Source of the DNA: Minisyncoccota bacterium
Lineage (GTDB): Bacteria; Patescibacteriota; Minisyncoccia; Phycocordibacterales; Phycocordibacteraceae
Assembly: GCA_041666305.1 (NCBI GenBank)
Contig: JBAYHD010000004.1
Coordinates: 3,946-67,945 of the forward strand
Length of the DNA stretch: 64,000 nucleotides
Direction of reading: 5' to 3'
Of the stretch, positions 27,671 through 36,924 are shown piece by piece (position 1 is the first letter of the stretch; each line of letters starts with the position of its first letter). The translations under genes and the position numbers were made by a program. Under the pieces are notes generated by a model, which saw nothing but the letters and a program-made list of their open reading frames with translations, was not told the DNA's origin and did not search any database.

Positions 27671-28930
27671 TTATGGCGTAAATATAAAACGCCGCATGAT
27701 ACTAAAGCTCGATAGTGCGATCAGGAGGGCCACAAAAAATTCAGACGCAATGTACCAAAGACCGAGTTCGGTAAGAAGATACACTCCGCAAGCGTTGAGA
27801 CCGATATTCATGATATTCAAGAAGAGGAACCGTATGAATTGCGCACGCGCTGCGGCAGAGATGCTATTTTGGAATGTCCAAAACTTCTGGAACGCGAAGC
27901 TCACCGCAATGGATATCGCGTATGCAATCGTTGCCGAGTAGAGATACCAGAGCGAGAACCATTCGGTGAGCACATACAGCAAAGAGAGCGTTGTGAGAAA
28001 AGCAAGAATACCCGTGATGAGAAATCGCACCATACGCCACGGGTCAAGTAATTCGTTCCCGGCAGAAGCATGCATCGCTTTATCGAGGATTACTCGAAAC
28101 TGCTCGCTCATAAGCAGAGCCTTTTCTGCTGTGCGAGCCGATGAAAGATACCATGCGCTATTGGCATGATTCCTATTGAACTCGGAGCGTTCTGCGACTC
28201 CTGGATGGAAAACAAGTTCGACGGTCCCCGCTCGATACTTTTGCAACGTCGAAAAGCCGGCGGCGATGTTGTCAACGGTCATGTGTCCGGAAAATAAAAA
28301 ACCAAGTAGGTAGTCATTTGTCCGGATGCCCCTTGCCGCCGCATACGCGCGATTACGATGCCCCAGAAAAAGAAAGGCATATCGGGTCAGGGCATGCATA
28401 CCAATATATGTTCGCACATTCCCGCGTGCGTAATAGAACGGCTCCGTCGTGATACGGATGTACCGTATGCCGGGAAGCGCCGAGACGATGTCGAAGACGA
28501 ACGGGATCATGTGCACATGCTGATGTCCGTTCGCAGCATCCACCGCAACCTCAGCCCGTATCCGTTGCCATTGCGCAGAAAGCTCGCGACTAACCTGTTC
28601 CCGCAATTCTGTCCGCCGCGAGCTTGAACTGAACAGGTAGGTGAGCAGAAGCGAGGTGCTGGAATTCTTGAACATACCGTGCGCATCGACGAGATGGGGG
28701 ATTTCTTTCGGATCCAAAAGCGCTTTCCCTTCGGTAAGATTCAGGTGCACCGCCAACGTAAGTCCGTCATGGCGTTTTTGATATTCTTGGAGCGCGTAGT
28801 CTGTTGCTTCACCGTTCGCAAGAATGGAGGTAGAGGTTATTGCGCCCCTATCAAATGTTTCGAGTATCGAGTCGGTCACGCGTTCCGTCAGACCGAGATC
28901 ATCGGCACTAACGATAAAAGAGTGGTTCAT
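27671..28930 (-). CDS. Fusion protein: YdjC/ChbG/HpnK-like carbohydrate deacetylase domain plus C-terminal GtrA-family membrane domain
   Basis: N-terminal FIVSADDLGL...HLNLTEG...HQHVHM (YdjC-like metal/substrate motifs). The C-terminal 120 aa has 4 TM helices with the GtrA-like FAFQKFWTF. Confidence 0.65.
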   Translation of the reverse strand: MNHSFIVSADDLGLTERVTDSILETFDRGAITSTSILANGEATDYALQEYQKRHDGLTLAVHLNLTEGKALLDPKEIPHLVDAHGMFKNSSTSLLLTYLFSSSSRRTELREQVSRELSAQWQRIRAEVAVDAANGHQHVHMIPFVFDIVSALPGIRYIRITTEPFYYARGNVRTYIGMHALTRYAFLFLGHRNRAYAAARGIRTNDYLLGFLFSGHMTVDNIAAGFSTLQKYRAGTVELVFHPGVAERSEFNRNHANSAWYLSSARTAEKALLMSEQFRVILDKAMHASAGNELLDPWRMVRFLITGILAFLTTLSLLYVLTEWFSLWYLYSATIAYAISIAVSFAFQKFWTFQNSISAAARAQFIRFLFLNIMNIGLNACGVYLLTELGLWYIASEFFVALLIALSSFSIMRRFIFTP

Positions 28931-28933
28931 GGG

Positions 28934-30427
28934 TCATTGTTTCTCCAGTATCGTATACCGACTGAAATTTTGCACTGGCTTGTACTTCGACATATCAACA
29001 TCGGGCACGGTCCCTGTATTTAGAAGAATGTAATCGACGGTTCCGTTGGCGATGGCTTGGAGAGCGTCCGTACCCAGTATACCGATGGTCGGATGAGGTT
29101 TGATGTATTGATAGTAATTGAGCGACGGCAAAAGAATCACTGCCTCCGGCGCATTATAAACGAATATACTCGCGTTCGGCGGTAAGGAGTTAAGCGCCGC
29201 CGTCAGGTCGCGCGTCATGTGGCTACTATAGTACGCCGCGACGAATGAAGCGTTCGCCGTTTGATAGCATTGCGCAACGATAAGGAGTGAGAGCACAAGC
29301 CATGGCAAGACCCTTGCGATACGCGGTATGCCGATGCGCTCGCGTACCCACTCCTCCATACGCCACAATGCATGCGATACGAACAACAACCCGACCATAA
29401 TGGCTGGGAATAAATACCGATACCATCCCGGCATGCGCAGGAATGCGAGCATCACGAGCCCTGAAAAGATAAAGCCGACCGTCTCAGCTGAAGAAACAGA
29501 TTCTCCTGCACGACGTCGCACAAACATTGCACATCCCCAGAGCGCAAAGACCGCGAGTGCATAAAAAGGCGTTACATCGGTAACAAACAGCAATAGATTC
29601 GCCAACACGTTTGTCGTGAGGTCAGTCACTTCGTACGGATTGGTGTAAAACGTGAGAACGTTCGCGAGCGTGTCGTGCGTGCCGAATTGGAGTAGGAACC
29701 ACGGCACCATGGTCGCGATAAAGACCAGGGTGGCAAGGACTACCCCTCCCCAGCGTATCGGAACGCTTTTACGATAGAGGAACCAGACGATGGCAAGCGC
29801 AGGCAACAGAAGAATAAAAATGGGCTTTGTGGCGATGCATAATCCGGCCGCTAAGGCACTTACTCCATACGCCGAGAGACTGCGGTACCCGCTACGCTCC
29901 AGGTACACTAACGCAATGAGCGCCACGACGAAGAAAAAAAGTCCCGGTACTTCCCCCAACACGCTTTTACCGTTGCCGTACAGCATCGGAAAGCTCGCAA
30001 TGAGAAATGCGCTCCACAGCGCGAAACGCGTCCCAAACAACAGCGTGATGAGATACACCGTCGCCAAAAAGAATGAGACGATGAACATAACCATCACCGC
30101 ACGTCCCGATAACACCCCGACTCCAAACAACTGGTAAGAGAGCGCGACAGGAACTATGAGCGGATACCCTCCGGTTATGGTACTTGCAGAGGTGAATTCA
30201 CCAGGAGCCACTTGTAATACTTGTTGCCCGGATAACATGAAATTTTGCGCGGTCTGAGTGTAATATCCTTCGTCGTACCAGATATGCGGCGCTTCCGACA
30301 GACGGTAGGTCGCAAAAAACAAAAGAAGAGCCCCCGCAAGCGCGAAAAGCATCCATGTACCCATCGTCCGATGTGTCACTGTTGTGAATTTCATATCGCC
30401 AGTATACACATCGTTATACATCGACAT
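28934..30427 (-). CDS. GT-C-fold membrane glycosyltransferase (ArnT/PMT_2-like, polyprenyl-phosphate-sugar dependent)
   Basis: About 11 TM helices; N-terminal loop WYDEGYYTQTAQN; short C-terminal soluble domain. Confidence 0.65.
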   Translation of the reverse strand: MSMYNDVYTGDMKFTTVTHRTMGTWMLFALAGALLLFFATYRLSEAPHIWYDEGYYTQTAQNFMLSGQQVLQVAPGEFTSASTITGGYPLIVPVALSYQLFGVGVLSGRAVMVMFIVSFFLATVYLITLLFGTRFALWSAFLIASFPMLYGNGKSVLGEVPGLFFFVVALIALVYLERSGYRSLSAYGVSALAAGLCIATKPIFILLLPALAIVWFLYRKSVPIRWGGVVLATLVFIATMVPWFLLQFGTHDTLANVLTFYTNPYEVTDLTTNVLANLLLFVTDVTPFYALAVFALWGCAMFVRRRAGESVSSAETVGFIFSGLVMLAFLRMPGWYRYLFPAIMVGLLFVSHALWRMEEWVRERIGIPRIARVLPWLVLSLLIVAQCYQTANASFVAAYYSSHMTRDLTAALNSLPPNASIFVYNAPEAVILLPSLNYYQYIKPHPTIGILGTDALQAIANGTVDYILLNTGTVPDVDMSKYKPVQNFSRYTILEKQ

Positions 30428-31667
30428 ATCCTCGCCCGATCAAGGTGTATGCGTCTTTTGGGGGATCTTTTATTTTGGATGGCGTGACCTCGAAACGGCA
30501 GTCTTCTTTTTTAGCGAGTCGCACGGCATCAACGCCCTCATCGTCTCGATGCTTGGCACAATCATCTTTGAGCACCCATGTCCCATCGTCATTCCCCAGC
30601 CATGCATGCGTATCGCGATGCTGGTTTATCAAATAATAAAAACCTGCTTCGGTCATGCCGAGCCAATCCAAAAAAAGCGGAAGTGTTTTCGGAGCAACGG
30701 CATTGTAGCGAGCGACTAAATCAATTCCTTCTTCTCGAGTGAGTCGTTTCAAGCGTATCTCTCGACACGCATGATCGGTCACCTTCCCATATCCATACTT
30801 CAAGAACTTTATATAGTCATGGATATCCGAATAATGGAAACAATCAACATCATTGTAGGTGTCGAATGTCCGCGTTTGCGAAGCGCTCTCATATTCGTAT
30901 AGCCGGATCATCTCTTCGTGCTGAGCTTTCGAATCCCAGCGAATATAATTCCCCAGATAGATGCCGCGCACGCCGACTTTCTCTATTTCCTTGTCGTGCG
31001 GATACGCATACGGCGCGAGATCATCGGCCGTCACATTCATGGTCTCATCGACAAGATCCTCCGCCTCATATCCCATAAGGTCATGGTCCTTCCTGTATTT
31101 GCGCGTCATTTCAACTTCGTCCGTATGCGAGAACATACCAACTTGATCGAGCCCCTGGTGCGCGCCCCAAATTATGAGAGGTATCTTGAACCGAACCGCT
31201 ACCTGCACCGGAAACACCGTCTGCCCGGCGATGCAGTGCCAATACATGCTTCCCATTTTTCGTAGTGTCGCTCGTGTGACATTCTTCACCTTTTCCGGAC
31301 TTACGGTCATCGTCATGAGGTCGCACCCAAAGAGCGTGCGCAAATAGGCGAGATTCCGTATGCCCCGCTCAGTGTTGTACTGCTTGTTATAGGTGACAAG
31401 AAGCGGTCGCAACCCGAGTTTCTTCATCACGGTGTGGACGATAAAGTACGAATCACGCGCGCCGGAGACGGGAACCACGCAGTCATAATTATTCCCGGAA
31501 CGATTCTTGTACGAGGCCGTTATCTTTTTCAGATGTTCGAATCGCGCATTCCAGTCAAGCGAATCTTTTTCTTCATGCACTCTGCATCCACTGCACACGC
31601 CGTTCGCGTCGAACGTGAGGTCAAGCGGATGATTCGCCGGATAGAGGCATCGCGTGCAGTATTTCAT
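30414..31667 (-). CDS. N-acetyl sugar amidotransferase (WbpG/PseA-like, PP-loop ATPase family), paralogue 1
   Basis: N-terminal Cys cluster CTRCLYPANHP...GVCSGC; PP-loop DCVVPVSGARDS; 35-45% identical to the ORF at 33163..34278. Confidence 0.78.
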   Translation of the reverse strand: MKYCTRCLYPANHPLDLTFDANGVCSGCRVHEEKDSLDWNARFEHLKKITASYKNRSGNNYDCVVPVSGARDSYFIVHTVMKKLGLRPLLVTYNKQYNTERGIRNLAYLRTLFGCDLMTMTVSPEKVKNVTRATLRKMGSMYWHCIAGQTVFPVQVAVRFKIPLIIWGAHQGLDQVGMFSHTDEVEMTRKYRKDHDLMGYEAEDLVDETMNVTADDLAPYAYPHDKEIEKVGVRGIYLGNYIRWDSKAQHEEMIRLYEYESASQTRTFDTYNDVDCFHYSDIHDYIKFLKYGYGKVTDHACREIRLKRLTREEGIDLVARYNAVAPKTLPLFLDWLGMTEAGFYYLINQHRDTHAWLGNDDGTWVLKDDCAKHRDDEGVDAVRLAKKEDCRFEVTPSKIKDPPKDAYTLIGRGYVDV

Positions 31668-32614
31668 ATGACTTCTTTAGGGTGGTACTCAAAGCGTAAT
31701 TTCTCAAGAACCGCATCATCTTGCTTCGCGAGACGACCGGCATCATCGAATGTCGTATGTGCATAGGTGGCATACGTATCGAGCCGTATCGGGAAGTCCG
31801 ATTTCAAAAATGCCTTGGCAATCGTTACGCTGTGTTCCGTAAAATGGAAAGAATTACCCACAGCAACTGCATCCGCATGCCCATTCTGGAACGCATCTGC
31901 AATATGCTGCGGATGACCGCAACCGCCCGCCGCAACCACGGGAATATCCACGGCTTCCGAAACACGCCGGATAAGTTCCGTGTCGAACCCTTTCTTTGAC
32001 CCGTCGCGGTCAATGGAGCGTATAAAAATCTCGCCTGCCCCCTGCGCTGCACAGGATCTCGCAACTTCGACCGGGTCTTTCCCTGTTCCGGTTCGACCGG
32101 AGTCTGTGAACGCTTCATAGCGTCCTTCACCGACTTCTTTTGCGTCTATGGAAACAACGACGCACTGATTTCCGAAAATACGAGCGGCCTCATGTATGAG
32201 CTCCGGATGTTCGATAGCCGCGCGATTGATAACGACCTTGTCCGCACCCATCCGGATAAGCTGGCGTATCGTCTCGACCGAATTGATGCCGCCGCCAACG
32301 GTGAGTGGCACCATACTCTTGTCCGCGAGTCGTGCGAGGAGACCAAGGTCCAACGTTCGATTCTCACGACTTGCTTCGATATCAACCACCACTATCTCAT
32401 CAGCGCCCCATTGATTGAGGAACTCAACCGCTATTTCAGGCGAGCCGATGGGCAGATATTTTTTAAAGCCCACACTCTGGACGACGATGCCGTCTTTCAC
32501 AATGAGGCTGGCGATGATGCGTTTGGAGAGCATATTAATTTTTGGTGTGTTCCATAAAAGCGCGCAGGAGGCGCAGGCCGCTCGTCTGGCTTTTCTCGGG
32601 ATGGAACTGAACAC
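31664..32614 (-). CDS. HisF-like imidazole-glycerol-phosphate-synthase cyclase homologue (WbuZ-type, glycan acetamidino formation); likely start 32533
   Basis: IIASLIVKDGIVVQSVGF, DEIVVVDI, VPLTVGGGI, VAAGGCGHPQH. These are HisF (beta/alpha)8 motifs. Confidence 0.82.
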   Translation of the reverse strand: MFSSIPRKARRAACASCALLWNTPKINMLSKRIIASLIVKDGIVVQSVGFKKYLPIGSPEIAVEFLNQWGADEIVVVDIEASRENRTLDLGLLARLADKSMVPLTVGGGINSVETIRQLIRMGADKVVINRAAIEHPELIHEAARIFGNQCVVVSIDAKEVGEGRYEAFTDSGRTGTGKDPVEVARSCAAQGAGEIFIRSIDRDGSKKGFDTELIRRVSEAVDIPVVAAGGCGHPQHIADAFQNGHADAVAVGNSFHFTEHSVTIAKAFLKSDFPIRLDTYATYAHTTFDDAGRLAKQDDAVLEKLRFEYHPKEVI

Positions 32615-33350
32615 CGTAGATGTTGTCCTTTTGCACAGCGGCCGTTATCTCTTCGCCGTACGAACATGCCGCGGCGATATATTCTTTTTCCGTTTGGAAA
32701 TAAAAACTGTGGTCAAAATAGAAGCGTGCGCCCTTCGGCACGGACGCAAAGAGTGGTTCCGACCGGTACACCATAAGTTCATTCCAGCCCACATGCGGAA
32801 CGCGCACTGAGGCGGCAGGAATGCGCACCACATGCCCCGGAATGAATCCGAGTCCTTGATGCAATCCTCCCTCAATCGAATCTTCGGCGAGCACCTGCAT
32901 ACCGAGACAGATGCCCAGAAGCGGCTTTTTCTTTTCAACGACTTCTCTCCGCAAAACTTCAATAATGTCGCGCTTCTTAAGGTTCAGCATAGCTTCCTCA
33001 AAGGCGCCAACTCCCGGCAATATATATGCCCTCGCTTTTTGTATGTCCTCTTTTTTATGCGAAACGGCGTAGGAATAGCCGAGCCGCTCAAGCGCATTCG
33101 TGACCGAACGATGGTTTCCTACGCCATAATCAATGACGAGTACGTCAGGTTTTCGAGTAGTGTCAGACATACGCGTGTTTGAGCTGCCATTCTCCCGAGG
33201 CATTCTTCTCGAACAGTTCTTGATTTCGATAAGATTCAGCGACCTTCCAAAATTCTTTTTCTGAGATCTCCAGGTACTTGCAGAACCGGTGGATATATTC
33301 TGCGGAACATTTGCCATCATACTTTGCAACGAGCTCAAAGCCCTTCTCAC
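32535..33350 (-). CDS. HisH-like class I glutamine amidotransferase (WbuY-type); likely start 33170 (MSDTTRKPDVLVIDYG)
   Basis: VLVIDYGVGNHRSV; catalytic GICLGMQVL; HVGWN; FHPEKS. Confidence 0.82.
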   Translation of the reverse strand: MRRALSSLQSMMANVPQNISTGSASTWRSQKKNFGRSLNLIEIKNCSRRMPRENGSSNTRMSDTTRKPDVLVIDYGVGNHRSVTNALERLGYSYAVSHKKEDIQKARAYILPGVGAFEEAMLNLKKRDIIEVLRREVVEKKKPLLGICLGMQVLAEDSIEGGLHQGLGFIPGHVVRIPAASVRVPHVGWNELMVYRSEPLFASVPKGARFYFDHSFYFQTEKEYIAAACSYGEEITAAVQKDNIYGVQFHPEKSQTSGLRLLRAFMEHTKN

Positions 33351-34278
33351 GCGTCATCCGGCCATACCGAATGAGTTCGCATACTTCGTCAGTCACTTTA
33401 CCGAACCCGTATTTAAAGTATTTGATCATTTGATTGACGAACACGAAATCCTCGTCAAGCGCTTCGAACGGATGGAGCGCTCCGCGTTCAAGTGGCGTAT
33501 CGGTGCGCACCTCGAGCCCGTGCGATATGGAAAAAGCGGCGTTATCTACTTTGGTAAAATTGGGCCAAAAATACCCGAGGTACACTACTTGCACATTTGC
33601 CCACTCCGTTTCTTCACCCGAGGGATATGTATAGGGAATAAGATGTTGTGTCGTGACATCGTCGTTCAAATACAGAGCACTCCCTCCTCCTATGGTATTG
33701 GCGTTCCGTATATTATTACCGTTCCAATCAAGCGATCCGACGGTCAAATCTCCCATCTGCGTCGCGGCATTTTCCCCCAGAAATACGAGTGGGATCTTAT
33801 ATGCAATAGATAGCCTTGGCAGTGTTGCGTACAGTGCGGTCTCGGTGGACTTGGCCAAGTTGCCATATTCAAGAAAACCTTTTCGCATGAGTTTTTTCCA
33901 TGTTTGCGGGTCAGGCATAACATTAATGACATCGAACCCGAGCGAGATAAGATTAGAAATATTGTACGCTCCAAGGTCCGTGATTTGTTCAGGAGGATAA
34001 TTACATGAAACGAGAAGCGGTTTGAGCCCGAGAGAATCACGTGCATACATCGCTTGGCGCGTACTGTCCTTACCACCAGAAATGCCGATGATGCAATCGT
34101 AATCTGAATGATTGTTCTTTCTTGTCCGCTCAATTATATTCTCGAGCTCCTGATGACGGACACTCCAATCAACATCCTTAAGTTGTTCCCTATAGTGACA
34201 CGCCGGGCACACACCTTCGGCGTCAAATCGTATCCCTGGTCGCGTATCTGGTTGAACACATTTTTTACAATACTTCAT
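33163..34278 (-). CDS. N-acetyl sugar amidotransferase (WbpG/PseA-like), paralogue 2
   Basis: CKKCVQPDTRPGIRFDAEGVCPAC; PP-loop DCIIGISGGKDS. Confidence 0.78.
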   Translation of the reverse strand: MKYCKKCVQPDTRPGIRFDAEGVCPACHYREQLKDVDWSVRHQELENIIERTRKNNHSDYDCIIGISGGKDSTRQAMYARDSLGLKPLLVSCNYPPEQITDLGAYNISNLISLGFDVINVMPDPQTWKKLMRKGFLEYGNLAKSTETALYATLPRLSIAYKIPLVFLGENAATQMGDLTVGSLDWNGNNIRNANTIGGGSALYLNDDVTTQHLIPYTYPSGEETEWANVQVVYLGYFWPNFTKVDNAAFSISHGLEVRTDTPLERGALHPFEALDEDFVFVNQMIKYFKYGFGKVTDEVCELIRYGRMTREKGFELVAKYDGKCSAEYIHRFCKYLEISEKEFWKVAESYRNQELFEKNASGEWQLKHAYV

Positions 34279-34321
34279 AGGTCTTACACTTAATTACAAC
34301 CTGGGGCGCGACAAAACCGTT

Positions 34322-36202
34322 TCAAGATTTTACGTTACTGACGCGCCGAATGAGCTCTGCGACACGCTCGAACGATCTTCCATCAAGCACAAAATTCTCT
34401 TGTACAAAAGCATCGGCGCGCGCTACGAGCACCGCACGATTATTCGGGGCAGCAAGATGCTTCAGATGCGCATGTAATTCCTCCTTCGTGCGTGCCATCA
34501 AAACCGCGCCGGACTCCCAAAACTCCTTAAAGTCATTATCCAAGACTTTAGGTACATACATAATAACTGATTTGTGCATAAGCAATGCCTCCAGTATTAC
34601 GGTAGATGTACCTGAAAGAACAATGTCCGAAAGAGCCAGAAGTACTTGCAGATCTTCGTGGACGAGTAGACGACTTTCTTTACCAAACAACCGATGTATC
34701 TCCTGCTCATAAAAAGATCTACGAAAGCTCGGCCTGGGTCTGAAGAGTATTTGTAACGAGAGATCTCGTTGTGCCTCTGCAACATCTTCGAAAATTCGCT
34801 GCACCTCGTAACTCGTATGGTTTCCGTATTCGAGCAACGAATAGGAGACCTCTGGCATCCCCCACATGACCGTGCAACGTCCCTTTTTTAATCCCAGGCG
34901 CTGCTGCAGATCAATAATTTTCTCCTTTGGCAGGGCTGATGCATAGCGGTCGAAGCGTGGCGAACCTACGGACACTAACCGTTGCGACGCAATCCCCCAC
35001 GACTCGTACATACCGTTGATAAGCGGCCCATACGAGGCGAGGTAACGACTATTGAGCCGGCAGTGCACGAGCGTCTTTTCATTGTTAACAAGCGCATGCT
35101 CAAGCTCAATGGAGGGTATGTCCATATTCTCCGCAACGCGGGCGACAAGATTGCTGTACCCTTTAATCGAAGTACGGAGGAGTACGCAGTTGACCTTGTA
35201 GCGAGCAAAGAGACGCTTGGTGTTCTCTATAGTTGCTATGGTATCCTCGGCATATTCTTTGACTATACAGTCGAGTGCCTGCCGCACTACCGGCCACAGC
35301 GATATATTGTTGTAGACAAAACCCTTGCTTATTTCTGGTACCTCGCCGAGAGCATCCCATCGTTCCGCCATGGTCCTTGCGCGAGTTCGCGCGAGTTCGC
35401 GGACATGCGTGTCCACAAAATCAAGACGGTGACAAAAACGCGCGCGCGCGCGCCATGCGAGGACAGGTAGCATGGTGCGCATCTCTTGCCGTCGCGACAT
35501 AATAAGCTCGACATCCGGCATTGTGCTGATAAAAGGCTCTACCCGATACCATGGATCGGTGGCAAAAAGAACGATGGGGCGTGGGCGGTGCCATGCATCA
35601 ACGAGGGCATTCCACACCACACTTATTGCTCGTGCGAACCACTGCTCTAAAGCTATGCGCAAAACGCTTAAGAACACTGCGCTCTGTTGTACGAGCGGCG
35701 TACGGATAACCTCGACGGTCACATTGTGCTTCTTCGCCAAGAGTCGCACCACATCTTCAACGACACGCGCTCTAAACACGGCGACTGGATCGGCGGTTGG
35801 CAACATGCCAGATTTTTCGAAGACGCACGCGTTAATCGCATTGGGATATGCCGTGAACACCTGATCGAGCATGGCCGCCCAATAAAACACTGTCTGTATG
35901 TAGTAAAGGATTGCGGGCTCATATTGCTCGCCAAGTTTAATTCCGTCGTATTCAAAAAAGGCCGTCTCGGACGCGGTGTACCAGCCTGAAGCAAGAGCGC
36001 GTGTGCGCTCTAGCAGTGCACGGTCGCCATCGGGCGAGACGGCAATAGTAACAAGCGAGATAAACGGTATGTCGTGTTTCTGCAAATCCAATTCAATCTC
36101 ATAGTCAAGGGCAACAACTATTGGAGCATCTCGCCCATCTAAAAGTTCCCGCACATAGGGAACCTGTTCCGGTTTGGATATAAAAAAAAGAGTCGTATTC
36201 AT
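34322..36202 (-). CDS. Large hypothetical protein (626 aa) with GT-B-like C-terminal half (TagF/KpsS/PseG-like?); candidate glycan transferase or hydrolase
   Basis: C-terminal VLSGTSTVILEALLMHKSVIMYVP resembles the GT-B nucleotide-binding C-terminal Rossmann. No definitive motif. Confidence 0.35.
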   Translation of the reverse strand: MNTTLFFISKPEQVPYVRELLDGRDAPIVVALDYEIELDLQKHDIPFISLVTIAVSPDGDRALLERTRALASGWYTASETAFFEYDGIKLGEQYEPAILYYIQTVFYWAAMLDQVFTAYPNAINACVFEKSGMLPTADPVAVFRARVVEDVVRLLAKKHNVTVEVIRTPLVQQSAVFLSVLRIALEQWFARAISVVWNALVDAWHRPRPIVLFATDPWYRVEPFISTMPDVELIMSRRQEMRTMLPVLAWRARARFCHRLDFVDTHVRELARTRARTMAERWDALGEVPEISKGFVYNNISLWPVVRQALDCIVKEYAEDTIATIENTKRLFARYKVNCVLLRTSIKGYSNLVARVAENMDIPSIELEHALVNNEKTLVHCRLNSRYLASYGPLINGMYESWGIASQRLVSVGSPRFDRYASALPKEKIIDLQQRLGLKKGRCTVMWGMPEVSYSLLEYGNHTSYEVQRIFEDVAEAQRDLSLQILFRPRPSFRRSFYEQEIHRLFGKESRLLVHEDLQVLLALSDIVLSGTSTVILEALLMHKSVIMYVPKVLDNDFKEFWESGAVLMARTKEELHAHLKHLAAPNNRAVLVARADAFVQENFVLDGRSFERVAELIRRVSNVKS

Positions 36203-36229
36203 GCTATGTATCGGTATCCAGCAGCAGTA

Positions 36230-36922
36230 TTATTTTTTTCTGAGAAGAAACCACATTTGCCTTGTTTTCTTATCACGCTCGACCGTTTTCAGTTCCTCTC
36301 GGTCTAGATTTACGAGAGTGAATACTTGCTCTATTTTTTCTATATCGAAAAATGGATACACCGCCTGTGACATATCCTGAAAATTTCTATAGGTTGACAC
36401 ATATCTGTTTTGCAAAAATTCAGAATATCCATCAAAAGTGAAAGTATCAAGATACGAAGTCGGGACCTTCATGATCAAGACCCCTTCGGGATTCAGGAGT
36501 TTGTGGCACTCATCCAGATAGGTGGTGAACTTGTCGTCAGTAAGGTACTGGACCAGGCCGATTGATACTATGGTGTCATATTTTTTGTCGCCATATTCGC
36601 TCCACATCTCATCCGTCCCGCATGCTTTGGCGTGTATATTTTCAATGTGTTCCTCCGCGATTTTCTTATTCAAAATCTTTATATTGTTTGATGCAAAATC
36701 AAAACAATCAAATTGTATCTTTGGATGCAGTTTCGATAGTTCTATGCAGTGCCTTCCGGTGCCACACCCGGTGTCTAACAGAGCACCCTCGCGCATATGG
36801 ACATGTACCCACGCCACTTCGATGAGATCGCCTTTTAAAGACAGCGCCTCGCCATACCGCCATGGATCATGGTCGGTAAGTTTGTCAGCCCTCTCATTAA
36901 ATATTTGTTTTAAGTCAGTCAT
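36230..36922 (-). CDS. Class I SAM-dependent methyltransferase
   Basis: LLDTGCGTGRHCIEL, TIVSIGLVQYLTDD, PEGVLIMKVP. Confidence 0.75.
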   Translation of the reverse strand: MTDLKQIFNERADKLTDHDPWRYGEALSLKGDLIEVAWVHVHMREGALLDTGCGTGRHCIELSKLHPKIQFDCFDFASNNIKILNKKIAEEHIENIHAKACGTDEMWSEYGDKKYDTIVSIGLVQYLTDDKFTTYLDECHKLLNPEGVLIMKVPTSYLDTFTFDGYSEFLQNRYVSTYRNFQDMSQAVYPFFDIEKIEQVFTLVNLDREELKTVERDKKTRQMWFLLRKK

Positions 36923-36924
36923 GG

